A stretch of DNA of 64,000 bases, from the NCBI GenBank assembly GCA_965222075.1, contig OZ244937.1, positions 2,912,001 to 2,976,000 on the forward strand, read 5' to 3'. Origin of the DNA: Candidatus Latescibacterota bacterium (GTDB lineage: Bacteria; Latescibacterota; UBA2968; GCA-2709665). The position numbers and the translations under genes are program-made. A model generated the notes under the pieces. The model did not search any database and had not been told where the DNA came from. It was given only the letters and a program-made list of their open reading frames with translations. Positions 9,000-19,472 of this stretch are shown here, in pieces; the stretch's first letter is position 1; each line of letters starts with the position of its first letter.

Positions 9000-11330
9000 T
9001 TACCATCTCCCTTCCCCCCCTGCCCGGGGAGCGTCGGGAAACAGCTTCGCATAGCGTCTTGCACACCGCGCGGCCTTTGCCATGCGCCCCATTTCCACAT
9101 AAAGGGCACAGAGATTGTAAAGCGCCATCCGGTGTTCCGGATCGATCTCCAACACCCGCTTGCATGCCCCCAGACTCTCCTCTAAGTTCCCCGTCTCATA
9201 GGCCACCGACGCTAAGTTGAGCAGCGTCTGTACATCGTTCGGATCTGCCTCCAACGCCTCCCGGAACAGGCGCAGGGCCGCCTCTGCCTCTCCCCGTCTT
9301 TGATAAAAGACACCCAGCCCGCTCTTGGCCGTCGGGTTGTCCGGCTGCAACACCAGCGCCCGCCGAAACGCCCCTTCGCTCTCCTTCAAACGTCCGGTCT
9401 TATAGTAAGCAACCCCCAGATTCGTCCACGCACCGGCAAACTCCGGATCCAGACGCAGCGCCCGCCGAAACGCGACAACCCCCTCCTCCACCCGTCCGAT
9501 CTTCCCGTAAACAACGCCGAGCATATCGTGCGCCCGGGCATCTTTCCGATCCAGCGCCACGGCCCGTTCCAATGCCGCTGCCGCCTCCAGGTCCCGCCCC
9601 TGGCCGTGGAGGATCGTGCCCATCTCTGCGTGAGCCGCCCCCGACTTCGGATCCAGCGCCAGCGCCTTCCCGCAGGCCGCGATAGCCCCCTCTAAGCGGC
9701 CCTTCCCCCGGTAGAACCGCGCCAGCATCAGATGCGCCCGGGCAAAATCGGGAGTCGCCTCCACAACCCCCATCAGCACCGCCTCGACCCTATCGGACCG
9801 CCCGGTCTCTCGAAGCAGACGTACCACGTTGCCCAGGTAACGAGCGTGCCTCGGACTGGCATCGAAGGCCTCCTGCGCCGCCCCCAGCGCCCGGACCGGA
9901 TCTCCCTGACGTTCGTAATAGCTCCGCAGTTCATCGTAAGAAGACCCGAGGGCATGCACCGACAGCCGCTCCTCCGCCTCCAGAATCCCTCTAAACCGGT
10001 CCAGCGCCCGGTCCCTGTCGGCATTCACCCCCACCCAGGGAATCAGATGGAACAGGGCCACAACCACAACCGTCCACGCAGCCACGCGCTGTGCCTCCGG
10101 TCCCACGCCCCGCGTCAACAGATATGCCCCCAGCAGCGCAAACGGCACGCTCGAAACGCTGAACAGGTCCCAATCCCGAAACGCCCCGATCTCCGGGTTA
10201 AACACGAGCGTAAAGGCCAGACAACCGATCGCGGCCAGGCCCAGGAAGCCCAGGCGGGCGTCCCCCCAGGCGATCCCCTGCCGGGCCGCAGTAGCCACAC
10301 AGAGGCACAGCAGCAGTCCCATAGGGGCAGACAGGAGGTGGAGATTGACCACATCCCCGATATGAACCGCGGAAAACAGGGCATGGGGCCGCAGAAAAGG
10401 CTCTCCCCCCCACAGCGGAACCGTATGGGATTCCCTACCCAGGCGCGCCACTCCTGGAAAATCAAAGCCGATAGCCAGAAGCAGCCACACAGAGACCAGA
10501 GGGAAAACCGCCGCCTGAAGGACCGTTCCCACGCGCCGCCCGCCCCCGCGCCAGGACCGCAGCACAAGAAGGCCGAACGAGGGCGCCAGCACGAAGCCCA
10601 CAAAATGGAACGCGCAGGTTATCCCCAGGGCCCCTGCCGCCACAGCCAGTGGAAGCCGCCCTTCTAAGCAGCGCAGCCCCAGAAAGAGGTAGACCAGCCC
10701 CCCCACCGTAACCGGCGCATAGTGCTCTGCGTACCCGAAAAAGAGCTGCAGTGTCCCCAGCGAGAGCAAAAACAGGGCAGCAATCACCCGCTCACGCCGA
10801 CACCGGCCCACGGCCTCGGCGGCCAGTAGCGCCGCAAACACAAACAGCGCCCCGCACACCCAGCTCAGAACTTGATAGGCCCTCTCCGCCTCCCCGCTCC
10901 CCCCTATGACGCCGTATAAAAAACGGACCAGAACAATGCTCAGCGGCTCATTCTCCAGCCGCCCCAGAGGGCCGGTCAACTCTCGGATCCAGAGCGCGCT
11001 GTCGCCCAGCAGGTGCACCCGCACCCGGAACGCCCAGAAGGGCACCAGCGCCGCGCCCGCGCCCAGGCCGTAGAGAGCATACCTGAAAACAGAACCGATA
11101 TGGGGGAGTGGAAAGCGGGAAAACAGCCGGGATGCCGCCCCGGCAATGGGGGGGAGAACCAGAATCAGGCCCAGCACGGGCAGGCCGATGCGCATCCAGA
11201 GGGGAAAAAAGGCCAGATGGTGCACGCCCCACCCCCAGGCCAGCCATCGGTAGGCAAAGACCAGGTGCAGAACCAGCACAGAGCCTCCGGCGCCCGCCAC
11301 AACCCGGATAAACAGCCTCTCGCGTTTCAT
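9000..11330 (-). CDS. Polytopic membrane protein with C-terminal TPR array
   Basis: About 12 hydrophobic segments followed by multiple TPRs (AHDMLGVVY, AWTNLGVAY, ALYNL). Confidence 0.85.
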   Translation of the reverse strand: MKRERLFIRVVAGAGGSVLVLHLVFAYRWLAWGWGVHHLAFFPLWMRIGLPVLGLILVLPPIAGAASRLFSRFPLPHIGSVFRYALYGLGAGAALVPFWAFRVRVHLLGDSALWIRELTGPLGRLENEPLSIVLVRFLYGVIGGSGEAERAYQVLSWVCGALFVFAALLAAEAVGRCRRERVIAALFLLSLGTLQLFFGYAEHYAPVTVGGLVYLFLGLRCLEGRLPLAVAAGALGITCAFHFVGFVLAPSFGLLVLRSWRGGGRRVGTVLQAAVFPLVSVWLLLAIGFDFPGVARLGRESHTVPLWGGEPFLRPHALFSAVHIGDVVNLHLLSAPMGLLLCLCVATAARQGIAWGDARLGFLGLAAIGCLAFTLVFNPEIGAFRDWDLFSVSSVPFALLGAYLLTRGVGPEAQRVAAWTVVVVALFHLIPWVGVNADRDRALDRFRGILEAEERLSVHALGSSYDELRSYYERQGDPVRALGAAQEAFDASPRHARYLGNVVRLLRETGRSDRVEAVLMGVVEATPDFARAHLMLARFYRGKGRLEGAIAACGKALALDPKSGAAHAEMGTILHGQGRDLEAAAALERAVALDRKDARAHDMLGVVYGKIGRVEEGVVAFRRALRLDPEFAGAWTNLGVAYYKTGRLKESEGAFRRALVLQPDNPTAKSGLGVFYQRRGEAEAALRLFREALEADPNDVQTLLNLASVAYETGNLEESLGACKRVLEIDPEHRMALYNLCALYVEMGRMAKAARCARRYAKLFPDAPRAGGEGRW

Positions 11331-11540
11331 ACGATCCAGACAAAGGTCCATTGCCCAACTCCAGAACGCTTACATGAACTCATTAAAATAACCTGCTTCG
11401 ACCAAAAAGGCCAGTCCAAAAATATCCAGGTCGACCAGCTCCCGCAACCGGATGCCGGTTTCCGGGAGCTCCTTGCACAGCCGTCGCTTCTGGGCCCCGG
11501 TAATGGCATGGTGGGGCACAGCGTGTTGCGCCCTTGTAAA

Positions 11541-11612
11541 CTGGTGATCCAGGACAGCTGCCTGGTCATCTCCGACCGCCCCGGCCTGGGGATCGAATTC
11601 AACGAGGAGGCG
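11541..11612 (+). pseudogene. C-terminal relic of a mandelate racemase/enolase-superfamily gene
   Basis: LVIQDSCLVISDRPGLGIEFNEEA resembles the C-terminus of the intact paralog at 45185-46264 (MSDRPGLGMDLDEA). Confidence 0.55.
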
Positions 11613-11705
11613 AGGATTAAAGCCCCACCTGGTAGAATAACTATGCAGCCATCCGGCGAGCGCTTCACGGGCGAATCGATCGATAAACAAGGCCCTGCAA
11701 GTCAC

Positions 11706-11745
11706 AAAAAAAAGGTCGTGAGCAAATTCCCCCACGGCCTTTTTT
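11706..11745. terminator. Bidirectional intrinsic terminator
   Basis: A8-GGTCGTG...CACGGCC-T6 hairpin, downstream of the minus-strand gene run ending at 11851. Confidence 0.7.
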
Positions 11746-11850
11746 GTTTCGGATTTTGGTCAGCTGGATTTCAGGATCGGCAGAACGTCGAAAGCAGTCC
11801 TTCTGGCTGGCCGGAACCATTGTATTTCCACCCCCCCGGCACGAGATACT

Positions 11851-12801
11851 TTACATCTCCGTCAGCGCCGCTTTCACCACCTCCGCGATCTCCGGGTACT
11901 GCTTCGGCGTCTCTAAGTTGCACAGCACCACGTGCCCATCTCCGTAGTGCGCAGCGATCTCCAACTCCTTCACTACCCGCTCCGGCGGCCGCACCAGGTA
12001 CGGGTCCCCATACAGCCCGATAAACGGCACGAACATATTCGCGCGCCCATCCTCCAGCCGCTTGTGCTCTGCCGCCTCGAACGCGACCTGTTCCAGGCTC
12101 CAGTTCGGCTTATAAAACCACGAAATCGTCTGCGTACAGTAATCCAGCCGCAGCCGGCGCCCGTAGTACCAGTTCGGCCGAAACGGCGGCCAGACGTGGT
12201 TCGTCACAAGCGCGTCCGGCTTCACATCCTTTGCATGCGCGTAGAGAATCCGGGAAAGCGCCACCAGGCTCTCCTCGGACATCCGTCCCAACACCTCCGC
12301 CTCGTGCGCCCCATTCGACGCCTGCTCCTCCCGCATCTTCTGGCACCGATCGCAGAAACAGGCGTAGTGGTTCAGAAACCCGAACCCGTCAAAAGACACC
12401 CCGTCCGCCATCTCCAGCGCCCGGCTCACCCGCCCTTTGAGTTCCTCCCTCGATTCCGGATGCTCAAAGCAGAGCAGGTCCCCGTCCTGCACCATCTGAA
12501 ACCACCGGTGGGAAAGGTGCTGGTAGCCCTCCGGCGCTCGACTCAGCGCAGCCGCGATCTCCTCCTCCACCGGCAGCATGCGCTGCAGGCACCCCGGATG
12601 GTCTTTAGCGAACCCCTCCGTCGGATGCGCATAAACAATCGCAACCACCTGTATGCCCAGCGCTTCCCCACGCCGCGCCATCGCCTCGGTCGGATCGCGG
12701 ACAATCAGCGTATCGAACCCCAACTCGTGCGCGAACTCGACCACTGCCCGCTGTTCCGCCTCCGTCTCCATCGGCAGATGCCAGTCCCATGCCGCTTTCA
12801 T
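11851..12801 (-). CDS. Hypothetical protein, glycoside-hydrolase-like TIM barrel with CxCxxC motif
   Basis: ATG 12801 follows a GGAGG RBS. Contains LCFEHP, DGVSFDG and CFCDRC, as in GH42/GHL10-like proteins. Confidence 0.6.
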   Translation of the reverse strand: MKAAWDWHLPMETEAEQRAVVEFAHELGFDTLIVRDPTEAMARRGEALGIQVVAIVYAHPTEGFAKDHPGCLQRMLPVEEEIAAALSRAPEGYQHLSHRWFQMVQDGDLLCFEHPESREELKGRVSRALEMADGVSFDGFGFLNHYACFCDRCQKMREEQASNGAHEAEVLGRMSEESLVALSRILYAHAKDVKPDALVTNHVWPPFRPNWYYGRRLRLDYCTQTISWFYKPNWSLEQVAFEAAEHKRLEDGRANMFVPFIGLYGDPYLVRPPERVVKELEIAAHYGDGHVVLCNLETPKQYPEIAEVVKAALTEM

Positions 12802-12835
12802 CCAAACCTCCTTCTTTAGACCCCATGGCAGGACC

Positions 12836-13483
12836 TCACCACTTCGCCCCCTTCTTCCCCGCCCCCCCGGCCGCAGCCTCTTTCTCCTGAATCCATTCCG
12901 CCGTTTGCACCAGAACCTCTTTAGAAACGCCCGCTGCAGGTGTCCCCTGGCGTTCCCACACCCATTTTTTGGTCGCCTCAAGCAGTTTGGCCGCGTGCTC
13001 CGGATTCAGTTTCACAAGCCGGTTGTAAGCCGCTTTAGCCTCTTCAATCCGGTCCAGCCCCAGATAGGCCTCCCCGCGGTACTCGATCGCCTCAGTATAG
13101 TCTGGCTTCAACGCCAGCGCCCGGTCGTATGCCTCAAGCGCCGCCTGATAATCCCCCGTTTTCCGGTAAGCATACCCCAGGCTCCCGAAGGCCTCGTGGA
13201 ACCTGGGGTTCACCTCTGTTGCCCTGGTGAACGCTTTGATCGCCTTCCTGTACTCTTTCTGCGCGGCCTGCTCATGTTTTTTCCGATTCTCCGAATGCTT
13301 CGCTTCCGCCGCCGCCTTCTCGTAATCCCAGGCCTTATCCCGATGGTTTAATCCTTTGTTATAGTGCTTCACCGCCTCGGCCTGAACCTGTTCCTCCGGT
13401 GGCGGCTCCGATGTGCTGCCTGCAGCATAAAGATCGGCCTGCCAGAATCCAACCAGCCCCAGCACCGCCAAAATCCTGACCAT
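12836..13483 (-). CDS. Secreted TPR protein
   Basis: Signal peptide, then HYNKG and TPRs (EAFGSLGYAY, EAIEYRGEAY); AGGAGG RBS. Confidence 0.88.
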   Translation of the reverse strand: MVRILAVLGLVGFWQADLYAAGSTSEPPPEEQVQAEAVKHYNKGLNHRDKAWDYEKAAAEAKHSENRKKHEQAAQKEYRKAIKAFTRATEVNPRFHEAFGSLGYAYRKTGDYQAALEAYDRALALKPDYTEAIEYRGEAYLGLDRIEEAKAAYNRLVKLNPEHAAKLLEATKKWVWERQGTPAAGVSKEVLVQTAEWIQEKEAAAGGAGKKGAKW

Positions 13484-13509
13484 CGCTATCCTCCTTTCTC
13501 TTGCCCCTC

Positions 13510-15306
13510 TCAGTCGGAAAGCAGAGCGCTTATCGATCTCAATCCACCAGTTCCAGCCTCACCCATCCACCCCGCACATCCCCGCACCGAATTGATCGTA
13601 AAAAGCGCCTCTGCCCGCTGCAGATCCTTCACCCGCAGCACCCCCTCGCAAATCTCCCCGGCCGCTAACAGCTCTGCCCGGAACGTCCCGGGCAAGAGTC
13701 CGCATCCCACCGGCGGCGTCACCTTTTCGCCGTCCAGAACCGCCACCAGATTCCCGATACAGCACTCCGTCACCTCGCCCCGTTCGTTCACCAGAATGAC
13801 CTCATCGCAGTCCGGCCGTCGGCAGCGCCGCGCTTCATAAATCTGCCGGCAGGTCGTTTTGTGGAACAGCATCGGATCCCGTTCATCCACCGGCAGATCG
13901 CAAATCCCCACCCGCATCGCGGCCTCATCCTCACCTGGGGACAGCGCCTGGGGGCAGATGTGAACGCCCCCATCCCGGGCCAGTATCAGCCGTACCCTGT
14001 GCGCCCCGTCCTGCAAACCGGCGGCTGTCTCCAGCAGCGCCTTCTTCACCGCATCCACATCGCATGGGAATCCAAAATACCGCGCCGAATCCCGAAGGCG
14101 GCCCAGGTGCCGGTCCAGCAGCCAGAACCCCTCTCCAGCCTCGAACCTCAGCGTCTCTAAAAGCTCGAACTCGGGCCTCCGAACCGTCAGAACCTGCGCC
14201 TTTACCAGGCACTCCTCGTACTCTCCCTCAGGGGAAGAATCGTGCGTCACCCCCCCGCCCACCCCGAACTCTCCCCGTCCCGTCTCCAGATCGATCCAGA
14301 CCGTCCGGATGGCCACGTTGAAACGGGCTTCGGGCCCCGGGGAAAAGAACCCGATGCTCCCCGTGTAGACCCCGCGCGGGGAATCCTCCACCTCCGAAAT
14401 AATCTCCATCGTCCGCACCTTGGGCGCCCCCGTCACCGACCCGCACGGGAACAGCGCGGTCAAAAGGTCCACCAGCGCGGTACCGGGACGCAGCCGGGAC
14501 GTCACCGTCGAAGTCATCTGCAGCACCGTCTCGTACCGCTCCACCTCCCAAAGGCGCGGCACCGTCACATTTCCCAACTCCGCAACCCGTCCCAGGTCGT
14601 TTCGCAGCAGGTCTACAATCATCACATTCTCTGCCCGGTCTTTGGACGACCCCTGCAGCGCAGACGCAAGCGCATCGTCCTCCTCCACCCACCGGCCCCG
14701 CCGCCCGGTCCCCTTCATCGGGCGAGCGGTCAGGCGTCCGTTCTCCAGGGCAAAAAACAGCTCCGGCGAAGCCGACAAAATCCGGAACCTGCCGGTGTTT
14801 AAGTACGCGGTATAAGACGCCCGCTGAGACCGGCACAGATCCCGGTAAAGCGCCCGGTCATCCCCTTCAAAATCGGCCTGCATCCGGAACGTAAAATTCA
14901 CCTGATACGTATCGCCCGCTTCAATATAGGCCCCAATACGCCCAATCGCCGCATCGTACGCCGCCTGGGAAACCGACGGCTGCCATGCCGACAGCGAATA
15001 CCCTCCGCAACTGTCCAGCCCCCCCGGCGCCACCCCGGTCCGCTCCTTGAAAAGCCCGAACCAGACCAGGGGCAACGGCCCCCCCTGTCGGGTCTTCAGA
15101 ACCGAATCCAGCCCGGGTGCGGCCTCATAGGAAAGAAACCCGGCCGCATGCCGCCCTCCGGCAACCGCCCGTTCAATCTCCTCCAGCGCCGGCCGCACCT
15201 CCTCCGGAACGCAGGCCGCCACCTCTCCGCAAAAGCCTGAAAACGCGAACGATGCCCGGTCCCGTTCGGTCGAATAGGACTCCAGCAAAACCACCGGTTC
15301 ACGCAT
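13510..15306 (-). CDS. pabB: Aminodeoxychorismate synthase component I fused to a class IV aminotransferase/ADC lyase domain
   Basis: SASPELFF, RPMKGT, KDRAENVMIVDLLRND, LFPCGSVTGAPK, then LLETLR, HKTT and GLLPGTFR. Confidence 0.93.
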   Translation of the reverse strand: MREPVVLLESYSTERDRASFAFSGFCGEVAACVPEEVRPALEEIERAVAGGRHAAGFLSYEAAPGLDSVLKTRQGGPLPLVWFGLFKERTGVAPGGLDSCGGYSLSAWQPSVSQAAYDAAIGRIGAYIEAGDTYQVNFTFRMQADFEGDDRALYRDLCRSQRASYTAYLNTGRFRILSASPELFFALENGRLTARPMKGTGRRGRWVEEDDALASALQGSSKDRAENVMIVDLLRNDLGRVAELGNVTVPRLWEVERYETVLQMTSTVTSRLRPGTALVDLLTALFPCGSVTGAPKVRTMEIISEVEDSPRGVYTGSIGFFSPGPEARFNVAIRTVWIDLETGRGEFGVGGGVTHDSSPEGEYEECLVKAQVLTVRRPEFELLETLRFEAGEGFWLLDRHLGRLRDSARYFGFPCDVDAVKKALLETAAGLQDGAHRVRLILARDGGVHICPQALSPGEDEAAMRVGICDLPVDERDPMLFHKTTCRQIYEARRCRRPDCDEVILVNERGEVTECCIGNLVAVLDGEKVTPPVGCGLLPGTFRAELLAAGEICEGVLRVKDLQRAEALFTINSVRGCAGWMGEAGTGGLRSISALLSD

Positions 15307-15382
15307 CTTCCCTTACCCCCCTCTTCCCGGCGCCACTCGCTATGGTGAGCGACGAGGTACGGGTGCCCCGGTCCCACACACC

Positions 15383-16198
15383 TCACACCTTCGCAGCCGC
15401 CGGCCTCCAGTTCCCGTACACGTCTACCTCTGTGTCCTCCACCTTCGGCCGCACCCCCTTCACGATCAACCCCGGCCGTCCCATCGCCTGCCCGCCCTCC
15501 TGCCGGTTTTGCGGATCCCGGAACCCCAGGCGCACCAGCCGCCGCCACCGGCCGCTCAGGTTCATCGCCGAGCCGTGCACCGTCCAGAGGTAGAACACCA
15601 CCACATCTCCCGCCTTTGCCGGGACAAAAACAGCATCCTCTAAGCGGTATGCATCGGTCGGCAGGTGAGGCGCGGTATCCGGTCCCATAATATGCTGCAG
15701 CTTACCCAGTTTGTGGCTTCCCGACAGAAACTTGATACACCCGCTCGACTCGTCCGCGTCGTCTAAGTGGACCAGCGCATCAACGTAGCGGCCATCCTGG
15801 TGAGGATAAAACGGGAGGTCCTGATGCATCGGGAACGGCGTTCCCTTATCGGGCGGCTTGGCGTGCAGCGTCACGTGGTGCAACTCCACCGTCTCGGAAT
15901 CCAGCAGCGCCCCCACCGCCCTGCCCAGCGCCGGACTCGTCACCGCGCGTGTCCAGGCAGCGGAATAGTGCTGCAGCTCGTGGATGGCCACCAGCGTAGC
16001 CACCTCATTCTGATCCTCGTCCATATACTCCTTCCGCCACGGCCCGCGCCACGCCGCGTTCCAGTTGGCGAAAGTTTCCATCACATAATCCAGCTCCTCG
16101 CTCATCTCCCGGACCTCCTCGCCCGGGTAGACCTGCTCCAGGCGAAGGTAGCCGTTCTCACGAAAAAACGCGATCTGCTCCCGGGTCAGCTCTTTCAT
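15383..16198 (-). CDS. Phytanoyl-CoA dioxygenase (PhyH) family Fe/2OG enzyme
   Basis: F..NGYL, HQD, GSHK, VHGS..N...RR. Confidence 0.92.
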   Translation of the reverse strand: MKELTREQIAFFRENGYLRLEQVYPGEEVREMSEELDYVMETFANWNAAWRGPWRKEYMDEDQNEVATLVAIHELQHYSAAWTRAVTSPALGRAVGALLDSETVELHHVTLHAKPPDKGTPFPMHQDLPFYPHQDGRYVDALVHLDDADESSGCIKFLSGSHKLGKLQHIMGPDTAPHLPTDAYRLEDAVFVPAKAGDVVVFYLWTVHGSAMNLSGRWRRLVRLGFRDPQNRQEGGQAMGRPGLIVKGVRPKVEDTEVDVYGNWRPAAAKV

Positions 16199-16226
16199 AA
16201 TAAATAATCCTCCCTCTGGTAAGCAC

Positions 16227-17741
16227 TTAATTCACTTCCTCGCTCAGGCCGCCCAAATCGCGAAACCAGTCCTTCATGCTCGGATAAAGCCTGCTGTAGT
16301 GTCGGAAGCACGCCTCGTAACGCCGCACCCGCTCCGCATCGCACCGGACCGTCTCGCCCAGACCGACCGCCCGGCCGCACCCCGACTCGAAATCCGTATA
16401 CATCTCCACCCCAATGGCTGCGATAATCGCCGCGCCCAGCGCAGAGGCGTCCTCTACTTCCAGCACCCGTACGTCCTGTCCGAACACATCGGCCTGGATC
16501 TGCCGCCACAGCGCCGACCTTGCGCCCCCCTCGCCGATGCGAAGCTCCTCGGCCGGCAGCCCCAGGCCCTTGAAGCATTCCAGCGACTGTCTCAGATCGA
16601 ACGCCACGCCCTCCATCAGCGCCCGAATCAGGTGCCCCCTGGCATGGCGCAGCGTCAGCCCCACCCAGCCGCCCCGCGCGTGGGCGTCGGGATTGGGTGT
16701 TGCCGCCCCCTCCAGCCAGGGCATGAAAAAGAGCCCCTCGCTGCCTGGAGGCGCCCCTTCGGCCTGCGCCGTCAGCGTCTCGAAATCCTCGTCCAGCTGT
16801 TCGTTCAGCCATGACATGCTCGCCCCGCACGTATACGAGCACCCCAGCCAGAGATACTCCCCCGGCACCGCGTGACACATGGGCCAGAGCCGGTTGAACG
16901 CCGCATCGCTGACCCCTTCGGCAAAGGCCAGCGCGTGCCCGGCTGTGCCGATCCCCACATTGAGCACACCCGGCTTGATCACTCCGCCCCCCACCGCCAG
17001 GCACGCCACGTCGCCCCCCCCGGCGCACACCGGCGTCCCCTCCGCCAGTCCCGTCTCTTCCGCCGCCGCCCGGGTCAGCGCTCCCACCACCGTCGTCGAC
17101 TCGACCACGTCTGGAAACAGCTCCCGACGCACCTCCAGCACGTCCAGAATCTCGCCACTCCAATCCCTCTCATAAAGGTCCATCGCCGCCGTCACCGAAG
17201 CGTCCGAGACATCCGCCGCAAACGTACCTGTCAGCCGGAACCGGATCCAGTCTTTTGGAATCAGCACATACCGGGCCCGGGTATAAACCTCCGGTTCGTG
17301 CTCGCGCACCCACAGGACCTTTGCCAGCGTATTGATCGGACTGAGCACCTGAAGCGCCTTGCTCCGGAGCAGATCCCCCGCCTGTGCTTTTGCCGCATCG
17401 CATTCCCGCTGCGAGCGGTGATCCAGCCAGATGGGTGGGGGGCGCAGCGGCTCCCCCGAAGCGTCCACGAACACCGCGCCGTTCATCTGTCCCGAAAGCG
17501 ACACCCCCCGGACATCCCGAACCGAGCGAGAAGGGTGACACGCTGCAAGCGCCTGCACAACGCGCCGTATGGTCTTACAGACCGCCCGCCACCAGTCATC
17601 CGCATCTTGCTCCACGCATCCTGGACCGGGCTTCTGCAACGGATAACTCGCACTCGCACTTGCCACCACCCGCCCCTCATCGTCCAGCACAATGGTCTTG
17701 GTGCTCGACGTTCCCAGATCGATGCCGACAACCAGGGCCAT
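16227..17741 (-). CDS. xylB: Xylulokinase-like FGGY carbohydrate kinase
   Basis: GIDLGTSSTK, LSGQM, PKDWIRFRLTG, GGGD, RALMEGVAF, GARSALWRQIQAD. Substrate unverified. Confidence 0.85.
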   Translation of the reverse strand: MALVVGIDLGTSSTKTIVLDDEGRVVASASASYPLQKPGPGCVEQDADDWWRAVCKTIRRVVQALAACHPSRSVRDVRGVSLSGQMNGAVFVDASGEPLRPPPIWLDHRSQRECDAAKAQAGDLLRSKALQVLSPINTLAKVLWVREHEPEVYTRARYVLIPKDWIRFRLTGTFAADVSDASVTAAMDLYERDWSGEILDVLEVRRELFPDVVESTTVVGALTRAAAEETGLAEGTPVCAGGGDVACLAVGGGVIKPGVLNVGIGTAGHALAFAEGVSDAAFNRLWPMCHAVPGEYLWLGCSYTCGASMSWLNEQLDEDFETLTAQAEGAPPGSEGLFFMPWLEGAATPNPDAHARGGWVGLTLRHARGHLIRALMEGVAFDLRQSLECFKGLGLPAEELRIGEGGARSALWRQIQADVFGQDVRVLEVEDASALGAAIIAAIGVEMYTDFESGCGRAVGLGETVRCDAERVRRYEACFRHYSRLYPSMKDWFRDLGGLSEEVN

Positions 17742-17755
17742 CCTTCTCCCCCTGC

Positions 17756-18679
17756 CTACTCGCCCGTCAGAAATCGGCGTGGATTGTTCACCAGCAAATC
17801 CTCAATGACCTCCTCCCCGAATCCCTCTTCCCGCAGGCGGGGCACAAACCGGGTGAGCACAAAATCCAACCCCGGCCCCCCTCCATAGCTGCGCCAGTAG
17901 CTGGGCCTGCCCAGATCGTTGCCCAGCAGAACCTGCCCGCCCAGCCCGGCGTCAAACAGCCGTTTCAGCACGCCAATCCGCGTCTCATCGGGACCGTACT
18001 TCACCTTGCCCGGACAGTCGTAGCCTAAGTACGCGCCCCGCTCCGCGATCCGCCGGTGCTCCCGGAAATCCGGGTTGCGGTCCATGTGGCTCAGGCAGAT
18101 CCGGTGGGGCGTCACGCCGTGCGACTCAAGAAAGCTCACCTGTTCAAACCCCATCGTCCCCGCCTCGGTATGCGTAATCACCGGCGCCTCCGTCTCAACA
18201 TGGACCGCCGCTGCAATACGCAGCAGCTTCTGATCGTACTCCTGAAACGTGTTGTACCCACTGCCCCCCTTCACAATCCCCGCCTTCACATCCGTACCGT
18301 CGATCCCCTCCACGATATCCCGGATGCACCCCGCCACCAGGTGATGCTCATCGGCCTCCAGGATCGACCGATCGCAGAAATAGGGCTTGTTGTACCCCGT
18401 AATAACCACAATGTGGACCTCCGGCGCCAGCTCGGCAACCCGCGCCACCTTCCGGATGTTCCGACCGAAGTCGATCGCCGACATCTCGATCATCGTCCTG
18501 CCGCCCGCCAGCGCCCACGCGCGCAGCTCCTCGGCCGAGCGCTCGACATCGTTCAGCCGAAAGTCGGCATCCTCCCTCAGCAGCCAGTCGGGCGCATCGA
18601 AACAGAGGTGCTCGTGGTAATCCACAACCCCCAGGTCCTCGCCCGCCACCTCCCCCCGTACGGTCGTCACAGTACCCAT
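17756..18679 (-). CDS. Phosphotriesterase-like lactonase
   Basis: HEHL, GIVK (carboxylated Lys), ITHT, SHMDR, LLGND. Confidence 0.92.
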   Translation of the reverse strand: MGTVTTVRGEVAGEDLGVVDYHEHLCFDAPDWLLREDADFRLNDVERSAEELRAWALAGGRTMIEMSAIDFGRNIRKVARVAELAPEVHIVVITGYNKPYFCDRSILEADEHHLVAGCIRDIVEGIDGTDVKAGIVKGGSGYNTFQEYDQKLLRIAAAVHVETEAPVITHTEAGTMGFEQVSFLESHGVTPHRICLSHMDRNPDFREHRRIAERGAYLGYDCPGKVKYGPDETRIGVLKRLFDAGLGGQVLLGNDLGRPSYWRSYGGGPGLDFVLTRFVPRLREEGFGEEVIEDLLVNNPRRFLTGE

Positions 18680-18698
18680 TCTCCCCCTCCCCGACAGG

Positions 18699-19472
18699 TC
18701 AACCGTCGACCTTCAGATTCAAATGCCGCTCCAGGAATTCTCGCCACACCTCGGCCATGCGATCCACGCACGCCCCGAACCACCGCTCGCCCTTCTCCGC
18801 CGTCGCTACCGTCGCATCGCCGAACACCCCCGACTCGCTCAGCGCCCCCATCGGCAGCGTCGACATCTCGTAGTCCGCCGAACGCGGCGGGTACTCCACC
18901 ACCGCCCGGTCCATCCGCACCAGCTCCGGGCGCAGGTACAGCATCAGCGACGTCTCGAACTCCTCGGCGTGAAAATTTGACGACAACCACACCGACGAGT
19001 CCGCATCGGCCATAATCTCGCCCAGGTCCGGATAGAAGATCCGGAGAATCACCATCTCGATCTCGTCCACAAGCTCCCGCACCGTGTACTTGAGCGGCTG
19101 CGGATTGGCCCCGTGCGCCGTGAGGACCATCAGCGCCTTACAGCCGTTGCGGTCTAAGCTGCGCGCCACGTCCTTGATCACCCCACGGAAGGTATCGAAC
19201 GAAAAGGTCAGACACCCTGCGCAGTCACGCCAGACCCAGGAATAGCCGATCGGCACGGGCGGCAGCACCAGCCCGACACTCTCCCGGGCGACCCCCATCG
19301 CCAGGGCCTCGGCAATCACCGTATCCGTATTCTGCGGCAGGTGCGGCCCGTGCTGTTCGGTTGCGCCCAGCGGCAGAATCGCACAGGGCGTACGCGCCAG
19401 GAAATCCCGGCATTCCGGCCAGGTCGCCGCCGCCGCGTCGAGCCAGTTGCTTTGAGAAGCCATCTTGCTCAT
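18699..19472 (-). CDS. Creatininase family amidohydrolase
   Basis: LPLGATEQHGPHLPQNTD, AHGAN, HAEEFETS, ATAEKG. ATG 19472 overlaps the upstream TGA (ATGA). Confidence 0.92.
   Translation of the reverse strand: MSKMASQSNWLDAAAATWPECRDFLARTPCAILPLGATEQHGPHLPQNTDTVIAEALAMGVARESVGLVLPPVPIGYSWVWRDCAGCLTFSFDTFRGVIKDVARSLDRNGCKALMVLTAHGANPQPLKYTVRELVDEIEMVILRIFYPDLGEIMADADSSVWLSSNFHAEEFETSLMLYLRPELVRMDRAVVEYPPRSADYEMSTLPMGALSESGVFGDATVATAEKGERWFGACVDRMAEVWREFLERHLNLKVDG

Noticed and set aside
11013-12023. 336-aa + strand ORF
   Set aside because: It overlaps two real minus-strand genes; only a 24-aa enolase-like relic inside it looks genuine.
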